From: a virus
Direction: 5' to 3' (one strand)
Length of the DNA stretch: 64,000 nucleotides
Virus record (IMG/VR): IMGVR_UViG_3300014208_000028
Span: 1 to 64,000 of that record
Positions 42,796 through 52,246 of this stretch are shown here, in pieces. A program made the position numbers and the translations under genes. The notes below the pieces were generated by a model. That model saw only the letters and a list, made by a program, of their open reading frames with translations, had not been told where the DNA came from and did no database searches. Within the stretch, counting starts at the first letter, position 1. Each line of letters starts with the position of its first letter.

Positions 42796-43215
42796 GGTTC
42801 TCCTTAAATACTTTATGATTTACTAAAGCACTAATAACCTTAACTTGTTCATCATTCTCAGCTATAGGTAAATGCCTATGCCAAGTAAGTAATTGAATTC
42901 TATCATTACAGTTTATAACTTCTTCTAAAGTAGGCCACTTCATTTTTCTAGCTTCCCATCCAATATACTTACTTTCTTCAGGCGTAAATCTTGGTCCCAT
43001 TTTTTGCCTTCTTTCTAAGTTTAGCTTCCAATATTTTAGAAGCTTTTGTAAAATTTTTTAGTTTTTTGCTGCGGCCAGAAATATGCTTTAAATAAGATTC
43101 TAAGCTTTTACAATCTTCTTTAGCAGTAGGATCTTCTTTTAAAGAATATAACATGCCGCAAGCACACATTATTTTAAATTCTTTAACTCTTTGGCTCATT
43201 TTAATTAGATTAAAC

Positions 43216-43286
43216 AGCGGCGTACCAGGATTGAACTGGTGACTAAAACTTGGAAGGATTTTGTTTTACCACTAAACTAACGCCGC
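43216..43286 (-). tRNA. tRNA-Gly(UCC), CCA not encoded
   Basis: GCGGCGT/ACGCCGC+T; anticodon loop CTTCCAA; T-arm ACCAG-TTCAATC-CTGGT. Confidence 0.9.
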
Positions 43287-43740
43287 AAACTTAGTTAGGT
43301 AGGAATATTTATATTATACATAATATAAAATTAATTACCATCTATTAATCTATGATTAAGATACTTAAGAGATTCTTCTAAAGCTTCTAATTTAGATTTA
43401 CTCTGTAAGGGAATACTTCTAGAAGCTATATTACAATTAAGTAAGGAAAACTCTAAAATAGAATCTTCCTTAGCATCCCCTTCTACTCTTTTATAGCCGC
43501 CGTTTTCTTTATCTTGAGTATAATATCCGTATTTCAAATCATAAATATTTACTATATCTCCAGTCGCTCGATATACTTCTACCATTTTAGCTTCTTCTGG
43601 ATAGATAGCTTTAAGTAAACGAAAATTATCTTTATCCGCTTTAAACAATAATTTAAATAACATTTCAGAAAAACAAGGGTCTGAAGAATCATTTACAACT
43701 CCTACTACCTTAGCCAAATCTAATACTAACATTATATCTC

Positions 43741-45222
43741 CTAATATTTTTTAAATTCAGACATTAAGAACTTAGCCAATTGTGAGTGATAGATATAAGT
43801 ATTCTTTTCAGGAAAATCAGCGTATTTATCTGCGAAGCTACAACTTCCACAAGTCTTATTTACCGCGTCCACATACATACTAAATTTACCTTCTTCAGTA
43901 TAATAAGTTCTTTTATCAGCTTTAATCTTATTTAAATCTTTTTCCATTAAATTAGCTAAACTAGTATCTACAGATATCATCCCCGGATACTCTTTAATTC
44001 CAGAAATAATATATGGAATAGTTTCTTTTACTCTAGATAAAGTATTACTTTTATCTAATGAAGAAGCTCTCCCTTTAAATTTCGGGCCGAGGAAAAGAAC
44101 TTTAAAAGTATTATGTCTCATATACTCAATTATATTTTCAACATCTGCGGGCCAAATTATTCCAGGAATTACCTGGAATACTATTTTATTAATATTTTTC
44201 TGCCTGAAATATCTTTCGTCTAGTTCGGCAAGATAGCAAGCACTAAAGAGTAGATGATAAGCAGTCTTTAATTCATAGAAATTACTTACAGATATTCCTA
44301 TAGCTCCACTATTCTCTATAATAGATTTAAAGTTCTTATTAGTAACTAATTCTTCATAATCTTTAGTACTGAAATTAGGAATAATTCTATTAGCCCTAAA
44401 TTTCTTTAATAATAAATTAAACTTAGGATAAGTTAGTGGATCTCCACCACCTAAAGCTACTTCTAATACTCCCATTTCTTTAAATGCAAAAATTAGATCG
44501 TCAATATCCTTATAATCTGCTATTTTCCCATTAGGAGTAGATCCCTGATAACAATAATTACAATGACAATCACACCTATCAGTAATTTTAAGATCTACTA
44601 ACTCTGGAAAATCAGCCTTCTCTACTACTCCATCCCCGCCAAAATGAATCTTGTCTCCTGTAGAAGTATTAAATAAAACCCAATAATTATTTCCTTTAGA
44701 AATTTTATAAGTAGAGTCTCTACCCTCATCGACTAAAGCTTCCAGTAAAGGATGATTATTCTTTGCTAATTGGATATAGCTAGGAAGATCGTTATCATCA
44801 TTATCGTTTCCCCCAAAAACTACTACTTTAGGATTTTTAATAACTTCGTCCTTAAGAGCCATTAAAAACTCTCTATGGGGATGGCCACTATCATCTACAG
44901 GATATAAAAATCTAGATTGATGATCTATTCCATAAAAACTATCGTTTCTAACTTGATCATTAATATAATCTAAATCTTCATCAGTTAAGTCTAACCACTT
45001 TTTTATAAAACCTTCATCATATAACTTTCCAACCTGCTGTAAATAAGCTGTTAGAAAATACCATTTCTTACTTCTATAAGTACTTAAAGTAAATTTCTCC
45101 CATCCATACTCTAAATCCTCACTATTAGAGCAGTCATCATCTATTTTCTCATTTTTAACTAATACAATACTATGACTGCTACTACTATTAGTGGCAAATC
45201 CTTTTCTAATACGATTAATCAT
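43741..45222 (-). CDS. Radical SAM enzyme fused to an N-terminal 'FxTNSSSSHS' domain
   Basis: RKGFATNSSSSHS; CDCHCNYC; ALGGGDP; GKFSMYVDAV. Confidence 0.85.
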   Translation of the reverse strand: MINRIRKGFATNSSSSHSIVLVKNEKIDDDCSNSEDLEYGWEKFTLSTYRSKKWYFLTAYLQQVGKLYDEGFIKKWLDLTDEDLDYINDQVRNDSFYGIDHQSRFLYPVDDSGHPHREFLMALKDEVIKNPKVVVFGGNDNDDNDLPSYIQLAKNNHPLLEALVDEGRDSTYKISKGNNYWVLFNTSTGDKIHFGGDGVVEKADFPELVDLKITDRCDCHCNYCYQGSTPNGKIADYKDIDDLIFAFKEMGVLEVALGGGDPLTYPKFNLLLKKFRANRIIPNFSTKDYEELVTNKNFKSIIENSGAIGISVSNFYELKTAYHLLFSACYLAELDERYFRQKNINKIVFQVIPGIIWPADVENIIEYMRHNTFKVLFLGPKFKGRASSLDKSNTLSRVKETIPYIISGIKEYPGMISVDTSLANLMEKDLNKIKADKRTYYTEEGKFSMYVDAVNKTCGSCSFADKYADFPEKNTYIYHSQLAKFLMSEFKKY

Positions 45223-45285
45223 ACTTTCTCCCTTACAAAAAAATAAAGGCCGATATTACTCGGCCTTAGAATAGATTAGAAACTT

Positions 45286-46301
45286 CTATAATCCATATCT
45301 CTCATCTAAATAGTTGAAGATTCTTTCCATCAATGGCTTCTTCCGCTTCTTTTCCTCTGCCCGCCTTTTTTCGCGTCTGGTTTTTAATACCTGTTCAGCC
45401 AATCTCTGCAATCTGAAAGTGCCTACTTCATTAAAAGTATCTATAACTATTTGTTCCTGTTTTCTAACTTCTTGGGCAATCTCGTCTAAACATTTATCTA
45501 AACTGTATTTCTCATCTTTTTCTAAAGTCTCTTCTATAGGAGTTTTAGTTAATTCATTCTCTATAACTTTTTTCCATCCCTCTAATTGATCCCTAGTAAT
45601 GTCCATATAATCGCTATGTATTTTATTATCATAAAGAAATATGTATTGAAAAGCGTAGATGATTCTAAAGAATAAACTATTATGCCTCTTAAACCCCGAT
45701 TCTCGCCATTCTAGGCCCCAGATATCGCAATCGTCGTCATACCACATACCTAAGTAATGCTCATCACAGAGGCACCACAGCCTCTTTCTATCGACATGCT
45801 GAAGGTATCTAACATCACTAGTAGTCTGTTTAGATATCTTCTCATTATCCTCATATATCTTATTCACTTTTTCTCCTTTTAGCTTCTAATTCAAGTATAC
45901 CATACACAAAATTTTGTATGAATTCTATATTATCATTATTATTTAAATAAGGACCCTTTATAGTCATAGCTATTTGAATTTTTCCACAATTAATATCTAT
46001 TACATACTTATTATTTCCCTTAAAAGATATTACAGCCGTCCTTCTATATCCATCTTCATGATAGCTCCATTCTCTAATATCAGGTTCAAATTTACTCATT
46101 TATATCCTCCTCAAAGAATTCTTCAGCTTCCATACTTTCGTCATAATTTCTAACATTTTTTAAGACTTGTCTAACTTTAGTTCTAGGAACTGTATTAGTT
46201 AATTTATGCGGCCCCGCTTTTCTATCTTTTGCATCCTCTACCAATTTTCTACGTTCCTTATTAGAATAATTACGCACTAACTCTCGATTTCCCACCTTCA
46301 C
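45286..46301 (-). other. Hypothetical ORFs (45286-45867, 45860-46099, 46092-46301)
   Basis: Overlapping junctions; terminator at 45246-45267. Confidence 0.7.
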
Positions 46302-46822
46302 TCCTTAATAGTTATATGGTTATTTATCATATATTCTAAAATATCTACATCGCTTACTGGATAATAATCCCATACGTCTACGCCGACATTAATTGTATTT
46401 TTAACATGTTTAAATAGATTATGTACATGACCGCATAAACTTAATTTTTCGGGAGCTATGACAGTAATAGCTGGATCATGAACTAATAGAGTAGGAATTT
46501 TATTCATATATATTTCTAATGCCGTATGCACAGATAGAAACCCTATATCTGTATAATCAAAAGCTCCCATACGATCATGATTACCTAAAATTAAATGTTT
46601 CTGGCCAGGTAATTTATCTAATAATCTTTCTAAACTATCTTTATACTTAACTCCCCCCAAACAAAAATCGCCTAGAAAAAATACTTCATCGCTATCTTTT
46701 ACTTTTTCTCTATATTTTCTAACTAATGTTCTATCCATCTCGTCTACATTATTAAAAGGTCTTCCTACATACTTAATTATATTAGAATGTCTAAAATGAG
46801 GATCTGCATAGAAAAACATCAT
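46298..46822 (-). CDS. Calcineurin-like metallophosphoesterase
   Basis: DPH, LGD, GNHD, H.P, GHVH, NVGVD. Confidence 0.92.
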   Translation of the reverse strand: MMFFYADPHFRHSNIIKYVGRPFNNVDEMDRTLVRKYREKVKDSDEVFFLGDFCLGGVKYKDSLERLLDKLPGQKHLILGNHDRMGAFDYTDIGFLSVHTALEIYMNKIPTLLVHDPAITVIAPEKLSLCGHVHNLFKHVKNTINVGVDVWDYYPVSDVDILEYMINNHITIKE

Positions 46823-47013
46823 TTCTCCTTCATAGTTAAAATACTTATTAAAATAATAGAAACTACAAGTAATAATATTAATCCTAATATCTCTAGTAAA
46901 GTATCTATACCGAATATTATAGAAAATAATATTAGTAAAACTATTACTACTCCCGCCCTAACCAACAACTTTTTCTTATCTAATTTATTGTCCCTTTCTC
47001 TAACTATAGGCAT
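46819..47013 (-). CDS. Small two-TM membrane protein
   Basis: Two hydrophobic segments; AGGAG RBS. Confidence 0.6.
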   Translation of the reverse strand: MPIVRERDNKLDKKKLLVRAGVVIVLLILFSIIFGIDTLLEILGLILLLVVSIILISILTMKEK

Positions 47014-47031
47014 TGCCTGTAATCTCCTATT

Positions 47032-47121
47032 TGGCGGTCGAGGAAAGATTTGAACTTTCGGAGCCTGTAAGGACTCGACGGGTTAGTAATCCGTTGATTT
47101 AAACCACTCATCCACCCGACC
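47032..47121 (-). tRNA. tRNA-Ser(ACU)
   Basis: GGTCGGG/CTCGACC+G+CCA; long variable arm; ACGGA-TTACTAA-CCCGT. Confidence 0.85.
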
Positions 47122-47217
47122 AATTTCAATACTTTATCATACAAGTATCACTCTTACAATTACCTTTATAACTAAAAAAAAGAAATGTTTGCAGTCCATT
47201 TCTTTATTTAATTTTAA

Positions 47218-47290
47218 AGCCTCTTGAGGCACTCGAAGCCCCGACATTCTGCTTACAGGGCAGACGCTCTTCCAACTGAGCTAAAGAGGC
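47218..47290 (-). tRNA. tRNA-Thr(UGU), CCA not encoded
   Basis: GCCTCTT/AAGAGGC+T; TCTGC-CCTGTAA-GCAGA (C33); T-loop TTCGAGT. Confidence 0.9.
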
Positions 47291-47295
47291 GTATT

Positions 47296-47371
47296 TGGTG
47301 GGGGCAGAGGAGTACGATTCCCCGACATTTTGCGTGTAAAGCAAACGCTCTCCCAATTGAGCTATGCCCCC
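47296..47371 (-). tRNA. tRNA-Val(UAC)
   Basis: GGGGGCA/TGCCCCC+A+CCA; TTTGC-TTTACAC-GCAAA; T-loop ATCGTAC. Confidence 0.9.
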
Positions 47372-47590
47372 ATTACTTATATTATAACATTAATTCTATA
47401 ATAATTTCAGCTATCATTACCAGCCCGCCCAAAAAAACGGTGCCGATTAAAAATGATTTATTAGAGAATATGCTACCATTTTCTTCCTGTACCATAAAAT
47501 TTATATTCAATACTTTCTGTATAAATAGAAGTACTGATAATATCTCTATACAAAATATAGAACTTACACATAATGCTTTTAAAAATATAA

Positions 47591-48313
47591 TCAGATTAAA
47601 TTATTCCTTTTCCAAAAATTCTGGCGCAGATCTATAATTAATTGAGCTATCTTATATTTATCAGGATGATGAGGTAAGTAGGTCTTATTATAAAGTACTT
47701 CTCTTATCTCACGATCCATATCTTTTACATAAATAGATAAATCTTCATAAGATATTTTACCTTTTCGTATTTCTAATAATTCTTCAGCATCAGGACGTTT
47801 TATATTAATTTGTCCATCTCTTAAAGCTTCTTGGCCCATTTTCATAAGTCTAACAAGATGCATAGCATGTTTGCACATTTTAGGATCTTTATTTCTATAT
47901 TCATTTTCTTTGATTTTAAAAAACTGAGCATGTGCGTAACCAGTAGTAGTGTGAGCTATTTTAGAAGATAGAAACATATTCCTATTCCCCCTTAAAATAT
48001 CATATTCAGGCGTCTTAAATATAATGTCTTCTTCTGAAATATACACGCTCTCTAAAATATTAGGGTTACATCCTACTAGCAAATCTATAAAATGTTGATA
48101 CTCATAAAATACGATGTCTGTTTCTTTATTCTCTATAATTTCATTTACTTTAAAGAAAGGACTTAGTGTGTTTATTGGATTACTAAAGAATATACCTCTA
48201 ATATCTATATCACTTTCTGGCGTCGAAGTTCCGTAAGCGCGACTACCAGCATAATGAGAAACTATTAAGTTATTTTTAATTAGTTCCTCATTATTATAAA
48301 GTTTATATTCCAT
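47591..48313 (-). CDS. Pol-beta-superfamily nucleotidyltransferase (RlaP/YcgL-like)
   Basis: GSRAYGTSTPESDIDIRG, NPNILE, KHAMHLVRL, LLEIRKG. Confidence 0.85.
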   Translation of the reverse strand: MEYKLYNNEELIKNNLIVSHYAGSRAYGTSTPESDIDIRGIFFSNPINTLSPFFKVNEIIENKETDIVFYEYQHFIDLLVGCNPNILESVYISEEDIIFKTPEYDILRGNRNMFLSSKIAHTTTGYAHAQFFKIKENEYRNKDPKMCKHAMHLVRLMKMGQEALRDGQINIKRPDAEELLEIRKGKISYEDLSIYVKDMDREIREVLYNKTYLPHHPDKYKIAQLIIDLRQNFWKRNNLI

Positions 48314-48499
48314 TTAATTTCTCATTATATTTTCATTTCTCTCAAACATAATACAGTTATTAGGCGGATCAATATCATCTTTATAAGAAACTACTTCCCC
48401 AGTTTTTTTACATTCCCACTTCAGCCAACCACTTAAATTAGAAGTATGGAAACTATGTATACAGAAATAACAATTATGATCTTTTTTACTTGTCTCCAT
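48314..48499 (-). CDS. Small Cys-rich hypothetical protein
   Basis: C..C...C...C..F pattern. Confidence 0.6.
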   Translation of the reverse strand: METSKKDHNCYFCIHSFHTSNLSGWLKWECKKTGEVVSYKDDIDPPNNCIMFERNENIMRN

Positions 48500-48505
48500 A
48501 ATCTC

Positions 48506-49156
48506 TTATTCCTTACTTTCTTCCATTCCCTCTGGAAAATTTAAAATACACTTATCGACGGCGGTCCCAATTAAATCGCGGCTACTAAGGTAATCACTAA
48601 AATAGAATATTAATTCAGGAATAGAAAATTTAGATAAATCTCTATTATCTATACTATCTTTACTAGCACCCCAAGGACCCATATGACGCCTGATTAATTG
48701 AGTTATAAGTTTTAATTCGGCCCGAGAAATTATATCCAAAATTTCCGACTCCTTCTCTTCCAAAAGCTCTACCGCCTCTAAGGGATGGTTTTCAGAAAGA
48801 GAATGATCATTCCTATAATTCGCACGTTTGCACATATCATGACATATTACAGCTATCCGCATACAGTCTATCTCATCGTCAGTCAATACTCTTTTACATT
48901 CCCTACTTCCAGCAACTTTAGGGTATCTATACGCTTCTACTAGATAATTTAAAATAGAAATAGATCGTTTATTGTGTATGCACAATCCTCCCATTTTTTT
49001 TGTAGCTTCTGGATGGTATCGACCAGAACTGCTAGGTCTAATAGTAAAAGTTCTTTCTGGCATTACGTTATCAATTAAATACTCACATAATTTTTTCAAC
49101 TTCTCGGTCTTAAGCATAGAAATTTCTTGTATATACAAATCAGTTTTCCAACTCAA
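48506..49156 (-). CDS. HD-domain phosphohydrolase
   Basis: PSSSGRYH, GGL..H, CHDMCK, HP, HMGPW, SDYLSS. Confidence 0.85.
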   Translation of the reverse strand: MSWKTDLYIQEISMLKTEKLKKLCEYLIDNVMPERTFTIRPSSSGRYHPEATKKMGGLCIHNKRSISILNYLVEAYRYPKVAGSRECKRVLTDDEIDCMRIAVICHDMCKRANYRNDHSLSENHPLEAVELLEEKESEILDIISRAELKLITQLIRRHMGPWGASKDSIDNRDLSKFSIPELIFYFSDYLSSRDLIGTAVDKCILNFPEGMEESKE

Positions 49157-49887
49157 TTTTTTTCTCCTTTATAATCTTTAGCGTACATCCATTTAAACTT
49201 ATATGTTGTTTTATGTTTTCCCCTACAAACTCTTCCTATAGATCCGCTATATCTTTTTTGTTTAAGATTTAAATGTTTAGTCATTTCTTCTTCTGCTGAA
49301 GCAATACTAGGAAAAGTTTTAATATATTCTCCAGTTAGACTAAGTTGTACTACGGGAATGCTTTTAGCTAAAACACTCATAGCATTAACCCACATTGGAG
49401 GCCCTTTTCCCATACGAGATTTACTCATACTTTCACAATGTTTTTTAGAAAACTTCATACCCTTTCTAGATTCACTTAATTTTTTTCTTTGTTCTAGAGA
49501 TATTACTTTCCCTCTATTAGAATTTCCTATTTTTTCTCTATGCTCTTTTGTTAAATGCCCTCCAGCATTAGATATTTCAGTTCTAAAAGTACTATTCAAT
49601 GAGTCTGGAGATCCTTTATATCTATCTAAGTAAATTTGTTCTACTTCTACTAAAATATCTACATCCACAAATTCTCTTATAAAAAAGTTCAAATACTGTT
49701 TACCATATTTATCTGCCCATCGTTGAAGAAGAATACTATCACTTCCTCTGTTTAATTGAGTATTATGACCATTATTTCTTTCTTTAAAATCATGTGTTCT
49801 ACCTAAATAAAATTTATTATCTAAATCATTAGTAATAAAATATATTCCAGACTTATTTTTATCTTCTTTTTCAACCATAAATTTCAT
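49153..49887 (-). CDS. GIY-YIG homing endonuclease (NUMOD3/NUMOD1-like tail)
   Basis: SGIYFI...FYLG; EQIYLD; repeated EHREKI/EQRKKLS units; CRGKHKT..FKW. Confidence 0.88.
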   Translation of the reverse strand: MKFMVEKEDKNKSGIYFITNDLDNKFYLGRTHDFKERNNGHNTQLNRGSDSILLQRWADKYGKQYLNFFIREFVDVDILVEVEQIYLDRYKGSPDSLNSTFRTEISNAGGHLTKEHREKIGNSNRGKVISLEQRKKLSESRKGMKFSKKHCESMSKSRMGKGPPMWVNAMSVLAKSIPVVQLSLTGEYIKTFPSIASAEEEMTKHLNLKQKRYSGSIGRVCRGKHKTTYKFKWMYAKDYKGEKN

Positions 49888-49914
49888 ATCTAATTATATA
49901 TCCCCAACTACCCA

Positions 49915-50770
49915 TCATTTCTTCCCTTTCATAAATCTAAAATTTTCAGAATAGTTTCTATGTTCTACTTTTTTAACTTCTATAAATTTATTTATAAATT
50001 CATTTTGTTCTTGCATTTCGTCATAATCTTTAGCCGCTTGATATCTAGTCCAATAGCCTTTTATAGATTTTCTACAATTACTCATCTCACATTCTCTGCA
50101 TATATTTTTATCTAACTTATCTTCTGGCCGACAACTTTCAACAATATTTTCATCAGCCAGTTTTTCTAGCCGAGTTTTATATTTTCTTTTATCATCCCAA
50201 GGATTCGTCATTTTCCCTCTTCAATATAATCACTCAATTTAATGCGTCTAACCTCTTTAAGTTCATATTCAACTATATCACATTTTAAATATTTTTCTGG
50301 AAGAGGATAATCACTAGGCCTACCATACTTACCTATAAACTGTCTAAGATGAAGTCTTAAATTACATAAACGCCAAATTTTACCCCCTTGAAGCCTAAAC
50401 CAAGGCTTAACTCCTCCAGTAGAGTATTCAGGGTTTTTATACTCATTTCTAGGAATTTCTATTCTATATACTTTCTCTGTAGGATTTAAACTAGCTAATA
50501 CTTCTTTATCTAACTTTTTCATCTACCGCCTCCTATAAGTACTGCATCTGCAATACTTTTAATTTTATTAACATTATCCCATTTAATTTCTTCATTAAAA
50601 TCCATAACAGGTAAATCTTTTCTACTTTCAACTACTGCCCAATCCACTGAAGCCGCAAATCCCGGAGTCTGACCATGATCTGCGTCTGTATAGACGATAC
50701 AATCATCTGGAAGGCCCTCTAGAGCCTGTTTAAGGTCTTTAACTGTCATCTCTTTAACTCCTACTATCAT
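49915..50770 (-). other. Three hypothetical ORFs (49915-50211, 50208-50522, 50519-50770)
   Basis: ATGA overlaps. Confidence 0.7.
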
Positions 50771-51468
50771 ATATTATTTTCCCCATAACACTGTTTTATC
50801 TTCATAGCCCCTTCTTTTAATCCTATACGCTTTCTACCTAATTTAAACTTCCTAAAAAATTTAGAGCAGTTTACTTTTTCAGAAGTTTTAATTTCTATAC
50901 CATTTAATTTTAAATCAAAACTAGTTATAGGAATTATAGGCTCTTTAATATAAAATACTTTAGATATAATTTGCGCCCAAGTATAGTAATCTACATATTC
51001 CGGCCCCGATAAATTATAAGATTCGAATATTAGACTTTTACTTTGTCTAACTCTATCTAATATAGCATTTAAAGACGCTATTAAATCAGCTATATATAGA
51101 GGACTAATAAAAACATCTTTTACGCCTAATAATTGTCCTGAAGGTTTTAAAAGATAATCTACATAAGTTATTTTATCTTTAATTTTCGGGCCATAAATAA
51201 TGGGAGGTATTTTTAAATCTATTAAACTAGCCGCCATATTCCATAACTTACCTCCACAATATCTACTATTATTTATAGTAATAATTGGAGCCTTATTCTC
51301 ATCATCTTCTAGTATATGATCGTAAAAAGCTTTATTAGCCTCTTGATTATATATAATTACACAAGGAGCATGCCTTCTATCTTCATACTGATCTATAGAA
51401 TTATATATAGGCCCGAATCCCGCTTTATTTAACCATAAATTTTCAAAACTATTCTCACCTATTATCAT
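50767..51468 (-). CDS. Degenerate RmlD-like (SDR C-terminal-like) protein
   Basis: IYG, D...SPLYIADL, YNLSGPE...Y..A..I...F resemble RmlD; no GxxGxxG or YxxxK seen. Confidence 0.5.
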   Translation of the reverse strand: MIIGENSFENLWLNKAGFGPIYNSIDQYEDRRHAPCVIIYNQEANKAFYDHILEDDENKAPIITINNSRYCGGKLWNMAASLIDLKIPPIIYGPKIKDKITYVDYLLKPSGQLLGVKDVFISPLYIADLIASLNAILDRVRQSKSLIFESYNLSGPEYVDYYTWAQIISKVFYIKEPIIPITSFDLKLNGIEIKTSEKVNCSKFFRKFKLGRKRIGLKEGAMKIKQCYGENNI

Positions 51469-51541
51469 TAAAACTCCTTATATAAAAATAAAACAAGGAG
51501 CTATTCGCTCCTACTAGTTATATTCTTTATACCATAAAATT

Positions 51542-52246
51542 TTATTTATTTTCTATTTTAAATTTAGCCATTAATTTATTTTTATAGTTAGTATCATTCA
51601 AACACATTACTGGCCGCGCCATAGTTAGACTTCTATTATTTTTATTAGGTATAGCAGATAGTACATGATGCCAGCTTCCGCCGCCATAATGATTAATAGG
51701 TATATGATAATTTATTAAAGTTTTAAATCCGTTTCTATTTAATCTATAACAATACTCTTTATCACTTTCTATATGTACCATCCGCTCATCTAATATCCCC
51801 GACTTTTCCATAGCTTTTCTATCTATAATCCAACAATGGCCGGTCACATAATTAGGAGGAGATATTATTCTAAAATTATTTATATCTCCATGACCGTTGA
51901 AAACACTTCCTACTAATCCTACATTCATATTTGGCTCAAAGCCTTTAAGTAAGTTATCTAACCAGTTTTCACATAGTATAATATCACTATTTAATAAGCA
52001 TATCTTATCGGCCCCCGATAAATAGCTTAAAATTAATAAATCATTAGCAGATCTACTAAACCATTGCTGTCTTCTATGTATTATTATTTTTTTGGCGGGC
52101 AAAGACTTTATATAATTATTAGTCTCTAAATTACTACCATCATCTACTATGTATAAAGTAAAATTATTAGTATAAGCTAATAAAGAATTTATCATAGCTT
52201 TTAATTTAGGTAATGCATTAAAAACCGGGATTCCGATAGCTATCAC
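51542..52246 (-). CDS. GT2 glycosyltransferase
   Basis: IPVFN, IVDDGS, LLNSD, LDE...SD.EYC.R. Confidence 0.9.
   Translation of the reverse strand: MIAIGIPVFNALPKLKAMINSLLAYTNNFTLYIVDDGSNLETNNYIKSLPAKKIIIHRRQQWFSRSANDLLILSYLSGADKICLLNSDIILCENWLDNLLKGFEPNMNVGLVGSVFNGHGDINNFRIISPPNYVTGHCWIIDRKAMEKSGILDERMVHIESDKEYCYRLNRNGFKTLINYHIPINHYGGGSWHHVLSAIPNKNNRSLTMARPVMCLNDTNYKNKLMAKFKIENK

Larger units (their letters stand above)
40614..43732 (-). other. Hypothetical ORFs around thyX (40614-40832, 41218-41442, 41491-42072, 42788-43000, 42978-43199, 43331-43732)
   Basis: Co-oriented with RBSs. Confidence 0.65.

Noticed and set aside
47032-47121. Amber suppressor (CUA) reading of tRNA-Ser
   Set aside because: With the 5-bp stem register the central triplet of TTACTAA is ACT; CTA is off-centre.
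25000-47217. Theta/HDV-like ribozymes behind the CCA-less tRNAs
   Set aside because: The 3' trailers of Leu, Gly and Thr are AT-rich or simple terminators with no HDV-like fold visible.
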